Assembly: GCA_013265495.1 (NCBI GenBank)
Contig: MU063611.1
Span: 806,001 to 870,000 of the forward strand
Length of the DNA stretch: 64,000 nucleotides
Direction of reading: 5' to 3'
From: Vicugna vicugna
Lineage: Eukaryota
Below, in pieces: positions 37,510-50,065 of the stretch. The position numbers were made by a program, and so were the translations under genes. Within the stretch, counting starts at the first letter, position 1; each line of letters begins with the position of its first letter. Under the pieces are notes generated by a model. It worked only from the letters and a program-made list of their open reading frames with translations. It did not search any database and had not been told where the DNA came from.

Positions 37510-38249
37510 CCTAATATATTAATCTATACATCCATTTCACTGAAAAAGAGAACTCCTAATTTATTATGTAAAAGGATAAGCCTCCTCCATAGCCCATTTG
37601 CATGCAGGTATGCTTAAAAGTAGATTTGTTTCCTCAGACTTAAAGCTGACTCCTGTAATGGCATTAAACCAAGGGAAAAATGAAATTATATTGTGATTTT
37701 TATGGTGGGTTATACTACAACCATGACAAAAGCAGGCTGAAATCACAGCTTTTATTTCTTTAAATATAAGCAAAATTTAATACAAAGAATACAAAGAAAG
37801 AAAGGCCAGTATGAGCAAAACTCTGCACACACACACCCTCAAAAATGCAAATCGCACTATTAATTCACCACCTGCTACTCATTTGAGTCAGGCTGCCCAT
37901 AGCCCAAGCAGAGGATTTCCGAGGTGGTGAAGGGCTTTATACAAGTGGCTGAAAAAATTATTTTCCTCCTAAATATTAATTACTCTTCCAAACATTAATG
38001 AGAGAAATGTATAAAATAAGCAATAAGACAATCAACAATCTCAGAGTCAGAAGAACTTAGCTATTGTTTATAACACATTATCAGCTTAACCTTTCTCTAA
38101 TGTTCTTGAATTTGAAGCAAGATAATTAATATGTACTGAAAGCCCTCTCCTTAGTCATAGAAAGTTTTCAGGTATGTTTTTAAGCTTCTCTTTCACCTTA
38201 TTCTGATTCAGAGGCATCTTTTCTACTAAGAAGGGTGGTTACCTGGTTT

Positions 38250-38810
38250 GTCCATTCTATAAATATTCATTGAGTGCCTTCTCTGCACCAGATACTATTC
38301 TGGGTGTTGGCAGCATAAAAACGAGCAAGTCAGATGAGATCCCTGCTGTCATGGGAGATGAACAGCAAACACGTGAATATATTAGAAAACTTCAAAAGCA
38401 GTAAGGGCTTTGAAGAAAATTCAGTATGAAAATGTAAAGACACTGGCTGATGGAGCAACATCGGATCTGGGTAGACAGCAAAGACCAGAGCTAAGACCAG
38501 AATGACAAGAGTCAATCACATGGAGTTCAGGAAAGAGTAGTCCAGGTGGGGCAACAGCAAGTGCAAAGGCCTGAGCTGGAAATGAGAACCAAGGCTGGGT
38601 TACTGCAGCTGGAAAAGGAAAGCAATCCCTCCTACTCTCATGGACCCTCTGTGCAGTAGAGCCCAGGAATAGAGGTGAAAATTTCCATTTCTGTCCTCAA
38701 AGAGTTCAGTCTAGTAGAAAAGACAGACAAACAACTTGAATATAATGCAATAAGTGCTGTGATAGCAGTGTGCGCATGGTGCTATGGGACAGGAGAGAAC
38801 AGATCAGGCA
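38250..38810 (-). mobile_element. L2 fragments (about 38250-38595 and 38660-38810)
   Basis: cattctataaatattcattgagtgcc...atccctgctgtcatgg...gcaacagcaagtgcaaaggcctgag; tgtcctcaaagagttcagtctagt. Confidence 0.8.
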
Positions 38811-38982
38811 GCATCATGGAACCAGTTGTAATTCAGGTGCCAGCCAACCTGGGTTTTCACACTGTATCAACCATTAACTAGCATGAACCCTAGCAGGTGA
38901 AAGTTATTCATATATTCATGCACTCACTCAACAAATATTGAGGGGGTGTAATATTTCAGGACTATGCTAGGTGTAGGGACTC

Positions 38983-39130
38983 TACATCAGTTAGGGTGCT
39001 TTTGGTTGCTAGGAACAGAAAGTCAACTCAAAAATCTCAAAATGGCTTAAACAAAAGAAGAGCTTTCTTGATTTACATAACTGACAAGGAGTTTGACTTC
39101 CAGTACAGGCTTGTCCAAGTGCTCAAACAA
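38983..39130 (-). mobile_element. MLT1 (old subfamily) LTR end fragment
   Basis: tacatcagttagggtgctttttggttgctaggaacagaaa...aaatggcttaaacaaaag. Confidence 0.65.
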
Positions 39131-39551
39131 TAAAGCTAAGTCCATCTCAACCTCAGAAGTACAAGACTGTGGGCCTTCAATTATAGATAACTAGCTTACA
39201 GTTGGCACTCAATTAAAGTGATTTTGCTCTTTGTAATTGCATCTTGTCTCTCAGTTTGAGTCCTGTAATTGGTCCTACATCTTAAAGGGACTGAACTGTG
39301 TTCAACATTTGGTATTCGATGATCCCGCGGATATTTGCTGCTGACAACGACGCTGCTATCTCCATGTCTAGTGTATAGTCAGATGCATATGTGTTCCTAA
39401 CTACTTTTATTTTTAATAGAAATTTGATGAGGAAAGTTCTCAGATTTTCCAAAACATGCATCGTGAAATAACTCACTGTCCCAGAATTGTGCTCAAACCT
39501 TAACTCATTTTAAGATAGGTTGGCTGAAGTATGAGTTTTGTCCACACTTAT

Positions 39552-39664
39552 ATTTGTTAAATATAAAAATCAATAATGCCACCACTCTGCACATTTATCT
39601 AATGTAATAATCAATACCAATACCTTTCCTGATATTTACTTAATATAATAATCAATAACAATAC
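39552..39664. repeat. Degenerate 41-bp tandem triplication
   Basis: Units start at 39552, 39593 and 39634; core aatcaata at 39568, 39609 and 39650. Confidence 0.85.
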
Positions 39665-39934
39665 TGTTTGTTTATTTGATGCCATTGATCAAGGAAGAAA
39701 ACCAGATCCATGAGATTTACCCACCCTATACACATTCAGACTGGGTCATCCTCTACTATTACCTCCCTTCTTTTTCCTACTTTCCACTCTCTAGACCCAA
39801 ACAGAGAGAGCATCCTTCTTCTCCTTGCTATGGAAGGCAATGGTCAGTAAATTAGCATTTTTTTGTGAGGTATAGTCAACATTGATGAAGCCTCTCTCCA
39901 CGCTATTCTAAGTACTGTATAATATGATTTATCC

Positions 39935-40345
39935 TTGTAATTGTTAGTGTAATACCAGCTGCTGCAAGATAAGCCCCAAGATCCCACTGGCTTAGTACAT
40001 AATAAGTTGGTAAGTTGGTTGCTTACCATGTAACTGTGGTTATTTCTGGTTGATCAAATACTTCTATATAATACTTCAAAGACCTAGGCTTTTTCCATAT
40101 TACAGCCCCACCTTTTCCTAGAACCTCACAATCCTCTGCATTCAGACAGCATACGTGAAAAGAGCATGGAAGACCATGTGTAGGATGTTTTAATAAGTCA
40201 GACCTGGAAGTAGTATTCATCATTTCTGCCTAGATTCCTTTGGCTAGAACTCAGTCCATATCTAACTGCAAAGCAAGCTGAGAATATGGTCTGGCTATAT
40301 GCCCAGGAAGAATGGATGGATCTGATAAACAGTCTCTGCTGCTAA
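39935..40345 (-). mobile_element. MLT1I/J-like LTR
   Basis: cccaagatcccactggcttag...ttcaaagacctaggc...cagacctggaagtag...cctttggctagaactcagtcca...ctaactgcaaag. Confidence 0.8.
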
Positions 40346-41664
40346 CCCATCCTTGAGTTGCTTATAATTCAAAAAGGAAGACAAAATGAAACAAGTGAAG
40401 TATTATATACATAATGAAAAGGGAGAAACAATCAAGACTGAATTAGTCAGTGTTTCTAAGGAGAAAATTTAAAAACGGGTAGATTTGGAGATAAATATGA
40501 AGATCCTTCCCAAGAAGTAAAACAATACAATATAAGCAAAAGCAGGGGTAGAGATAGGCATGCATTGGGCAGGGGAATATAAGGGCCCATCTGACAACTG
40601 TACAGAGTCTGTGCCAAAAAGTAGAAAACAACATACCTAGCTAAGGAGACTAGGATGAAACTACCCTGACTAGGACCACTGATTCTGCCACCTTTAACAC
40701 GTTTGCATTGCGTTAGGATTCCTCTGATCCAGCCAAAGAGCTCAGTGTACTTTACCATCTTTTTCTAAGTAATCTCTAAATCCCAGTTGACATTTCAGGT
40801 TTGAGTGGAAAATGTTGACATTACCTAGAGGGTATTCCTCACTAATTTTGAGTTTCTCAAAGAACAAAGAAAAAACAAATAGCAAATTCTAGGAGACTAT
40901 GATTAACCTAAGTAACCATCTCACTTGTGAATTAAACTACAAGTCTTTGAATACAACAAAGCTAAGAAGTCACTGAGAATCAGACGCTCCAGTTAAGGAT
41001 ACACAGGAGTAGAGAATTAAATATCTTAAGCATGGATATGAGATTACAACAAATTTAAAGTAGAAATTAAAAGCCAGCAGTTCTCTCTTTGGGTTAACCC
41101 CTAAGTGCCCACAGAATTAGGAGGACCAGAGCTCTAATGAAATCCACCCTACAAAAGAGGAAGTTTCTAAAGTTAATTCACATGTGGTCCTAATAGAAGT
41201 CCTTATGGGTATGTGTTTCTGAACCTTTTAGGGAGGATTCTCTGGTTGTCATGGGAACACATCTTTGCCCTAACCTGTTCTGATACTTGCTCCAATATTC
41301 CAATGTACTTCAACATTCACCTTGATAAATTAAGAACTACATCTTCAACTTCAACATGTTTTGTAATCCATGACATAGTGCACAAATCAGAACTGTCCTG
41401 TCCCTTTGTGGAAATTTTAAGGCAGTGGTTATTTACCTTTAAGGAATTTTGAATTTTGAAAATCCAAAGGAAGCTATGGCTCCTATCTGCCCCAGAAAAA
41501 ACTCACATAAGCATAGAAGTGATTTCAATTATATGTGAGGGAGACATTCCAAAGAACCTCTTATAATTTAAAATTCCCGTTTTTCAGCAACAATTTCCCA
41601 TAGGAAAACCATAGACTCCTATGGGGCAGCATCACACACTAGTAAAGACTATCTGCTTCCTATA

Positions 41665-41826
41665 CCAACTCAAATTTCTCCATTTACAGATCAGAAAAGT
41701 GAGGCATGGAGACGTGAGGCAACTCATCATCGTCCACCTATAGGAAGTGACAGAGCAGGAAGAAGTGACCAAGTAGTCTACGTCCAAAGAACTTGCTCAT
41801 ACATACAACCACAGTGAGATACTGCT
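41665..41826 (-). mobile_element. MIR fragment
   Basis: ccatttacagatcagaaaagtgaggcatggagacgtga...gaagtgacagagcagga. Confidence 0.75.
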
Positions 41827-43129
41827 GTCCCCGATCCTCTGATCTAATATATGTCCCTTTCATTTTAAAAAAACAGAAACTGTTCTATCCATGTTTCTGA
41901 CGCTAGCCCTTAAAGGGTTGAATACTGCATATTGCTAGTAGTCCATCTCCCTCCCATGCCCTTTGATCAGGTTAGCAATGAGCTTTACCTTCACACATCC
42001 TTAGGAAGAATTCCTTACTTTCAAAAACTTAGGTGGATGTACCAGTTGCTGTGCCTCCTCTCTCCTAAGCTCAAGCCAGGCTACTTGGTTTCTTCTAATG
42101 CAAACTATTGAACAATCAATAATGGAGGTCCCATATGTCTTTAGTTTTAATCTCCCTGACTTTTAGGCCGTGCATCAAGACAAAGTCCTCCTAGACCTAG
42201 TATTGTTTCATATACTCCACAAACTGTCACAGGAACAGCAGCATTTTCCTCTTAATTTGCTACAGCTCTGGAGTCCTTAAGGTTTGCAGGTAGACATACT
42301 ACTGGTCAGAGAAAGACTGTAAGTTTCAAAATTATATTCAAAGTTCCTTCAGTCCAAGTTAATAAAAATCTCCTTTAGTTTTTAGTTTAAACTTCTTCAT
42401 CTCAATTTTATCTGAGGCTAAAGCCCAGGGTCGTATCTAACTAAACGGACGGACAAATATTTCAGTTGCTTTACTTATTTTCTGTAATCTTAAGCAATTT
42501 AACACCTCACACTTGATTATGTAAACTGAGTTATAATTCACAATAAAACATTACTTAACACTTTTTAAATTTAATCCAAATGCCTATGTTTTAAATGTTA
42601 TATTTATGGACAATTTCGTCCTCAACTCTCCAGAGAGGCATTATGGCTGATAGGTGACTTTATGTAACTCCAGATTGGATATCTAGCTTCAACTACAAGT
42701 GGAGGCTTAAGATTTTTTTCACTCCACCACTATCTCTGTCAGAACTTCTCAATCTATTCCAAATAAACACATATTAAAGCAAAAACATTGTTCTCACTGT
42801 TTAGTTCAAAAGAAAGACCGTATCAAATTTCCATCAGCCTACACCCAACCTATTCCAAATAAACATACGTATCTAAGAAAAATGTTGTGTTTGCTATGCA
42901 AATTGCAAATGGAACTATAATATTGATCCCTTAACAAGTTATACCACATGTAAGATAGAAATTTTGTTGCTCTTATTGGTATCAAACACTGTCAAAACAA
43001 CTCTATGGCTCAATTCCATATTTTTCTTACCTAAAGTATTGAGGGTGGGACCTAAATTTAGACATTATTTAAGTGGTGTAAAAATTTGTAGCCATGAGAT
43101 TGACATATAAACTAGTCTAGAATCACTGA

Positions 43130-44400
43130 AGAACACAGACCCCCTAGCAAAGATTTGGGTAAAAGTGCCCCATAGAGATGCCTCCTCAACTCAAAGCTCA
43201 AACAAGACTTTCCCAAGAGACAACTCCAACTGAACATGAAGAGCTCATAACCCAAAATTGTAAAACACATGGAAACTCACAGTCCTGAGAGAGAAAGCAA
43301 ACACAATAAATGAGAGGATTTACAGCTGGAAGAATTCAAGTAATAGAGCAATCTAAAATAAAATCTTTAAAATAAGCATGCTAATAAGGTTCTATAAGGT
43401 AAAAGTAGAAAAGTATTAACAAGAAAAAACCAAGACACTGTGGGGAAAAAAAAAAAAGGCAGACTTGAGAAAGAAAAGAAGATTCTAGAAATGAAAACCT
43501 TACTCATTGAAATAATCAATTGATGGCTTAAACAAAAGACTAGACATAACTGAAAAAGAAATTAGTGAGCTGGAAGGTGAAGAACTAAGGCAATTACTCT
43601 GAACATTAAAAAAAATTAATTAAGAAATACAAAGGATAGAATGAGAAGCGTTAGTACACATATAATAGGGGCTGCAGAAAGAGGGAAAAGGTAATGAGAA
43701 AGAAGCAACATTCAAAGAGATAACAGTGAAGATGTTTCCCGAAATGAATAAAGGCATGAGTCATTACATTTTAAAGAATATAATGAGTTCTTTGCAGAAT
43801 TTTTTTTAATCATGCAACATAGTGAAACTTTTAGAGAAACTAAAATAAAGACAATAAAGCTACCTGGAAAAAAATGACTGTTCACCTGCAAATAAACAAC
43901 AATCAGGCTGACAACAGGCTTGTCATCTGCAAAAACAGGTTCCAGAAAACAAAGGAATAACATGTTTAGTGTTCTGAGTAAAATAATTGTCAAGCTAGAA
44001 TTCTCTGCTCAGTGAAACTAACATTGAGAAGATTGAGAGTAAAATAAAGACATTTTTAGACACACAAAGAATAAAGGAGTTTGGTACTTGTGGTCAAGTG
44101 GTCCAACTCGCCCCCCAACAGAAAGAACCACTAAAAACTAAATGAGCAAAAAGCAAAAGAATCAAAGATGGAGTGGAATACAAGAAGCAACGGTTTAAAG
44201 AAAAAAGAACTCTTGGTTTTTATTTGCAAATATAAATAAATATAGACTTTATAAAATAATAATAATTATAGTAAATAATATTGAGAGATTGTCAAAAACA
44301 CAGTGGAGCTAAAATATGAGAGTAACAGTAACATGGAAGATGGGATTGGTTCAGGGGAAAACTACAGCGTTCTAAGTTTCTTGCTTTTTCAGGAAAATGT
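43130..44400 (+). mobile_element. HAL1/L1M ORF1-region fragment
   Basis: ttctagaaatgaaaa...aaagactagacataactgaa-aattagtgagctggaag...atcaggctgacaacaggcttgtcatc...aagctagaattctc...aaaataaagacattttt. Confidence 0.8.
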
Positions 44401-45544
44401 TGGAAGGAAAATAAACCAAATAGCACAAGGGAGAAAAGGTTATGCCATAGTTGTGTTTGGGTTATGAATTGGAGTAAGGTAGTTAAGATTCCTTTTTCCT
44501 AAAGCGTCTGACAATAAGATTATGTTCTCCAATGAGATTAATAAAATTGCTTTAAAGATGTCTTTCAAATATTTTTTCCTCTCATTAAAAATGATTATGA
44601 TTTTTCTAGAAACTGAAAGAGAATGGCTTTGATCCAGAACTGAACAAAGTTAACCTGTTTCCTCCTTACCTGTTTGTGACCTAGTTCATGCAGAATTAAT
44701 TGTGCTACTCAGTTTCCAAGATTGATATTTGTTTCTATGAGTTTCTATGAGCTCTGAAATCCTCCATCAAAGTAGATAAATTATCTCAGTAATTCCATAT
44801 ACCTTACAAACTGAAAATAAAAACATTTTCCTTAAGAATTTAAAGCCTTAAAAAGCCCCCAAGAATAGCATTTTTTATATTCACCTAAATTTTTTTCTCA
44901 AGTATCCCTTTCATTTTTCCTGGGGGAAATTCCATAGATAATAAATGCTAACTATAATTAATGAATAAATAATTATCAGGATCAGTGCCCTGATCACCAA
45001 GGAACTGACTTGGAAAGTCACCTGCAGAATCTACACACATTTAAGGAAAAAAAGCCCATCTATAAAAATTATATGTTAGGGATTTATTACACTAACTAGC
45101 CACTGTTGCCTCAAAGAATGATTTTTACTCAAACGCAAGTTGCTAAAAACTTAACTTTGCTTTTTTATTTCATGCTTTTGAGAGACTAAATTGCAAATCA
45201 CAAGACAGTTATTAAGGTCTGAAAGGAAAATATTTAGATTAAATATGCTCACATTCAAGAATCATTGTAATTGGTCCATTAAACAGCAGCATTGCAGTGG
45301 GGTCTACATTTTTATTTGCTTCATTACTTAAAACTAAATAACAGTTCACAGTGGTTAAAGATTCTACAGTTTACATTGTTGATGTTGAAATTTAGCTTTA
45401 TATCAACTCACTGGCAATTTATTCTATTTGTTTAATACTGATTAAGCAATAGTAGTTTAGCTAAACTCTCTGCTTTTAAATCAAGTTTTTTAAAAAGGAA
45501 ATTTGGAAAGAATCCAATGAAGAAGGTTTTATATAAATCAAAAT

Positions 45545-45935
45545 AGAATGGGTTATTAGCAATAACAAACAATTCGAAAATCTCAATAAAAACAAGGGTT
45601 TATTTCTTCTTTGTGCTACATGTCCATTGCTGGTTGGACATGAATCTGCCCCTCCTCCACCTCTACTTCACTTTAGGACCTAGAATGACAGAAACACTTT
45701 CTATCTGAGATAACATAGACCTCCACAGCAGGGAGAAAAAAAAATGGCAAACCATGAGATGCAGCTACAAGCTTCTATTAGAAGTGCCACACATCACCTC
45801 CACTCTTATTATCCAGAGCAAGTCACATCACCAAGCCTTCCTCATCAAGAAGGAAAATGTGTAATCCTCCCACAGGAAGAGACACCACATAAGGGGCACC
45901 AAAATAAACAGTAGGCTGTCATACAATACACCATA
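45545..45935 (-). mobile_element. MLT1J-like LTR
   Basis: caataacaaacaattcgaaaatctcaat...gtttatttct...gcttctattagaagtg...gagcaagtcacatcaccaagcc. Confidence 0.75.
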
Positions 45936-47039
45936 GTAACCGTGCTAATATTTTCCATAAAAATCAGGAAAGAATCACTTCAATACACTATTGCTTTTCC
46001 ATGGCAAAATTGGTCCTGTTTCTTCACTGAAGAGAAAAAGTGACTCTCACTTAAGAAAAAAAATTCCAGATAAATTACATTTATTGAACTGAATCATCAG
46101 ACAGTACGAAAAAGAATGAAAAATGTTATTCTCACCTGAAAAACAAAATTTAGTCCAAGATTACAAAAATTAAATTGTCTTCTGACTTCCTACTCAACAA
46201 GGAAGTTGTCCACTGTAACAGAAAGCCTTAAAAAACATGATCATTTATGAAAAGAAACTTTCCATTGAAGTCTTCTAAGGGCATTTAACCAAAAGAAGCT
46301 TACATTTCAGTTTCATTCTGCATAAGGGATGGAGAATATGCTTAAGAGGCAGAGGCTAAAAAAGTGAAGTTTAAACTAATTTTGACAATTTAACACTACC
46401 AAAATCAATGGCCACCTCAGGCACACTTATGATTTGTACTTCAAAAATCTTGGGAGGTTTTAGAAAGCTAATAGTATTCATTTTAAGTCTTAAAAATGTT
46501 TTGGTGTTGAGGACAGTATTAAGAAACCTCCAAATTGTAGAACAACTTGTCAGTATTTGAGTCTGACCTTTTTTGATTTTATTCAAGGAAGTAAATTTTA
46601 TCACAGCAGTTATTTGATGTGATTATTAGAACAAGATTACATTAGAAGCCACATGAAGCCATATCCTTTGTTTGCTTAACTGTCAATAATGCTTTGCCAT
46701 AAGTAGCTTTGTACATTTGGGGACCACTGAGATACCCATTTTTTTTATGACTATGTGCCTAAAGTTAAATCCATGTGAACCTAAGAGGGCTTCCTAATGT
46801 TTGGATTCAGAAGAATATATAAAAACATTTAGCACTGTAATCACAGTAAAGATCAGTAAGTAAAATAAGTTCAAATGTGACACGCTCAAGCCCATTCATT
46901 CAATAAACATTGTTTGAATCCCATTAACAATCAATTCTGTTCATTCTTTTAACAAATTTAACATCAGCCATATCAGCTTTCCCCCCAGAGTGCATCCTGT
47001 AAATTGGTAGTTCTGTATGATTTAACTGATGGCTATATG

Positions 47040-47280
47040 ACAAATAGATTCTATAATCAAATGAGTTTGAGAAACACTTGAGTTAAACAAAAATAAAATG
47101 TTTGTTTATTGAAAAGTTCTCACAGCTATTAAAAGACCAATGTATATCAAGAATCTCCAACAGACAAGTGAAGCTTGGGGCTACACTTTCCAAATTTATT
47201 TGATCTCTGAATCTCTTTTTATTTTTTGAAGCCATCAACAGTGGGCTCTTGTTTCATGGAGCACACTTCAGCAAGTTCTG
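47040..47280. mobile_element. MER103C-like hAT-Charlie element
   Basis: aaatgagtttgagaaacacttgagttaaacaaa...gaatctccaa...tttccaaatttatttga...tttcatggagcacactt. Confidence 0.75.
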
Positions 47281-47285
47281 AATTA

Positions 47286-47544
47286 TTCAGTCCTCTGTCG
47301 ATGGACATTTAAGTTGTTTCCATGTCTTGGCTATCGTATCTATGAACATTGAGGCGCATACATCTTTTCAAATTTGAGTTCTCTCTGGATATATGCCCAG
47401 GAGTGGGATTGCTGGATCACATGGTAAGTCTATGTATATGTATGGCTGGGACATTATGCTGTACACCAGACACTGACACATTTTAATTGACTATACTTTG
47501 ATTTAAAAAAGGAAAAAAATAAAATAGTCAAATGAGAGGGGAAA
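47286..47544 (+). mobile_element. Young 5'-inverted (twin-primed) L1 insertion
   Basis: Antisense L1 piece 47286-47431, then sense 3' end, then A-rich tail; perfect 13-bp TSD aagttctgaatta at 47273-47285 and 47545-47557. Confidence 0.9.
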
Positions 47545-48289
47545 AAGTTCTGAATTAGACTTTCAGATGATGTCTAAATTAGACTGTTATTGTAAATATT
47601 ATGTAGACTTAATGCTTTAGTCACAACATCTGTTCAAAATTACTAAATCACTCCATTTAGGCAAAAAATGACTAATTATAAAGTAATGGCCATTACACAG
47701 CTGATTCAACCATAACCCTGCAGATTTCCTTTTCTCCATCATCTTAAGACCAAATTTAAAGAACTTTTCACAGTGTGATCAATTGCTTCATTATCAGGAA
47801 TGTATGAATAGAAGGGAAAGTGAGAAGGACAAATTAATCAGTGAATGGTTTCACTACCTATATATCATTTTTTACCATCCTAACATATAGAACCAGCCAA
47901 TGCAAACCCAATCTCAGAGGTCCCTTCAATGACACAGAAATAATATAAATAAATGGCAAGAAGCAGCAGTTTTCCCAGAAAACCAATCTGGCTGGAACAG
48001 GAGTTGCTCACATTTTGTGAGAAGGAGCCAAACTTGATTTCCCTTCTAGGGTCAAAGGAGTCAACAGGATTGAGATGCTGATAGTGAAGAACGTAAGAGC
48101 AGAGCATCAGCAGCCCCCTTAGCTCAGGAGGAGAGAAGGAACTGATGTCAGCTGACTTACCTTCTTTACCAGTGGGAGGTATGGTATAAAAGGAAAACTT
48201 GATGGAAGGAAGACACTGATGGCACAATGTCTCTAGTTAATGATGTTATAGAATTGTCAAGGCTTATCAGCCACCAAACCCAAATACCT

Positions 48290-48525
48290 TCTCAATGAAC
48301 CCTACCTTGATCACTCCATTAATACTGCAACCTGTCCCCCACCACCACCACCAGGCCCATCTTGCCCCTGGAACTCCCACTCACCTTGTCCTACATTTTT
48401 CTGTCATTCTTTTCAAAATCTAACACATATAATTTGCATATTTACGATGCTTAATAATTATTGTCTGTTTCCCACACTAATTTAAGCTATACAATGACAG
48501 CACAAACATTTGCTGAATTAACAAA
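48290..48525 (+). mobile_element. L2a 3' fragment
   Basis: ctaccttgatcactcc...atctaacacat...ttattgtctgtttcccacacta...aaacatttgctgaatt. Confidence 0.7.
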
Positions 48526-48864
48526 GTTAATTAGAGAAAAATAAATGCTCAGAACTTTGGTCCTAGGAAGCTTCCCCTACAGGACTTCTGAAGATGTCCT
48601 TCCCAATAGAGCCTGTCTTTGCCTGAACATTCCCCCAGGAGGGGGAAGAAGATGGGGAGACAGCTGATATTCACCCCACAGTCCACTTGCCAGTGCTGAA
48701 TCCATTGCCTGCTACTACCCTTACCTTTCCATTACTTATCATCTTTAATTGAAAATGATTAGAAAGACAAGAAGAGCAGAAGTTCCTCTTCTGACGATAT
48801 TCCCTAAAATCTATGAAGCTGAAGAACACAGTGCAGAAGCTTCCTAACTGAACACCCTGCATTT

Positions 48865-49381
48865 TTTACCTCCCTTCAGTCTAGTCTCAACACAGCAGCC
48901 AGGGTATCCTTTGAAAGTCAGATCACAACACTTCTCAGTTCAAATGGCCCCCTATTTCCCTCAAACTAAAAACCAAAGCCTTCTATACTATATGTCTGGC
49001 CCCCATTCCCTCTCAGACCTCACTTCCAATTACTATTCCCACCACCTGACTGCACTCCTACCTCCTCACTGTTTCTCAAACATGACAAACATGCTCCCAC
49101 CCCAGGGCCTTTTCACAAGCTATTCCTTTGGCCATGAATGTTCTTCTCTCAGCAGATATCCACATGGCTCAAACCGTCACCTACTTCAAATTTTTGCTCA
49201 AGGGCCACCTTGTCAGGGAGGCCTTCTGTAACCACCATAAACTGACACCTTGTCCCCCGCTTGTCTCCACTATGTGCCTGCTGTCTCTTATCCTGTTCCA
49301 CTACCTTCTTATTTGTTATGTATAACTCACTTATAGCACATAATTTACTTATCATGTTTATTGTTCTAACTCCCCACTAGA
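48865..49381 (+). mobile_element. L2a body fragment
   Basis: ctcaacacagcagccagggtatcctt...aagtcagatcac...cccagggcctttt...atccacatggctc...cttcaaatttttgctcaagggccacctt. Confidence 0.9.
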
Positions 49382-50065
49382 TTTTTAAAAAAAAAATTTT
49401 CAGAAGGGCAGAGTAACTCATACAGTGAAATGCCTTGTATAGCCAATAAATAGAGGACATTATTATGCATGGTGGAAGCTTCGAGAAGCAGAATATGGAT
49501 GCAAATGAGGAGGCATACACTCTGAGGAGGTAGGTGGTATTATGTTGGGAGATTGGAAATGCAGAAAGAATGTACTCAGCTCTCCTGCATCTCTGAGTAT
49601 GTATACGTAAAACCAACATATATTAAGAATAAAAATGGACATAACTTACCCAAAGTGATTCCACTAGACAATGGATTTGATGAATAACGCAGGCAATAAT
49701 TAAAGTGGGAGACCAGTACAATGCCTCAAAGGTGTGAAAGTTGCACTCTTCATGTTGGTTGATAGGCACTATAAAGTATTTTTTCTTTCTAATACTTCAG
49801 AATCAACTTCTATGGTATCTCAAGATTATCAGGTTGTCTCCATTTCATACATTCTAGCATGTCATTAGAATGACTTTGCACTTGCCACTTCTTCCCTGTG
49901 TCTGTTAGTTAGACTGGCTTTGGCAGCAAGGAAAGGCCATATGGTGACCATCCATATGGATGGGCTGGCTGGGTTTTAGAATCTTATTCCCTATTGATGT
50001 TCCTGTTGTGCGAACAGAATAACTTCTATTTAGAGTGAAAGATGTAGGATCCCAGCCTTGTATGT

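Noticed and set aside
47880-48227. 115-aa minus-strand ORF as a single-exon gene
   Set aside because: No recognisable homology, and it runs through a strong donor at 48160. Only the 72-nt segment is kept as a weak exon candidate
48911-49355. Three overlapping ORFs (106, 65 and 68 aa)
   Set aside because: All lie inside a recognisable L2a fragment
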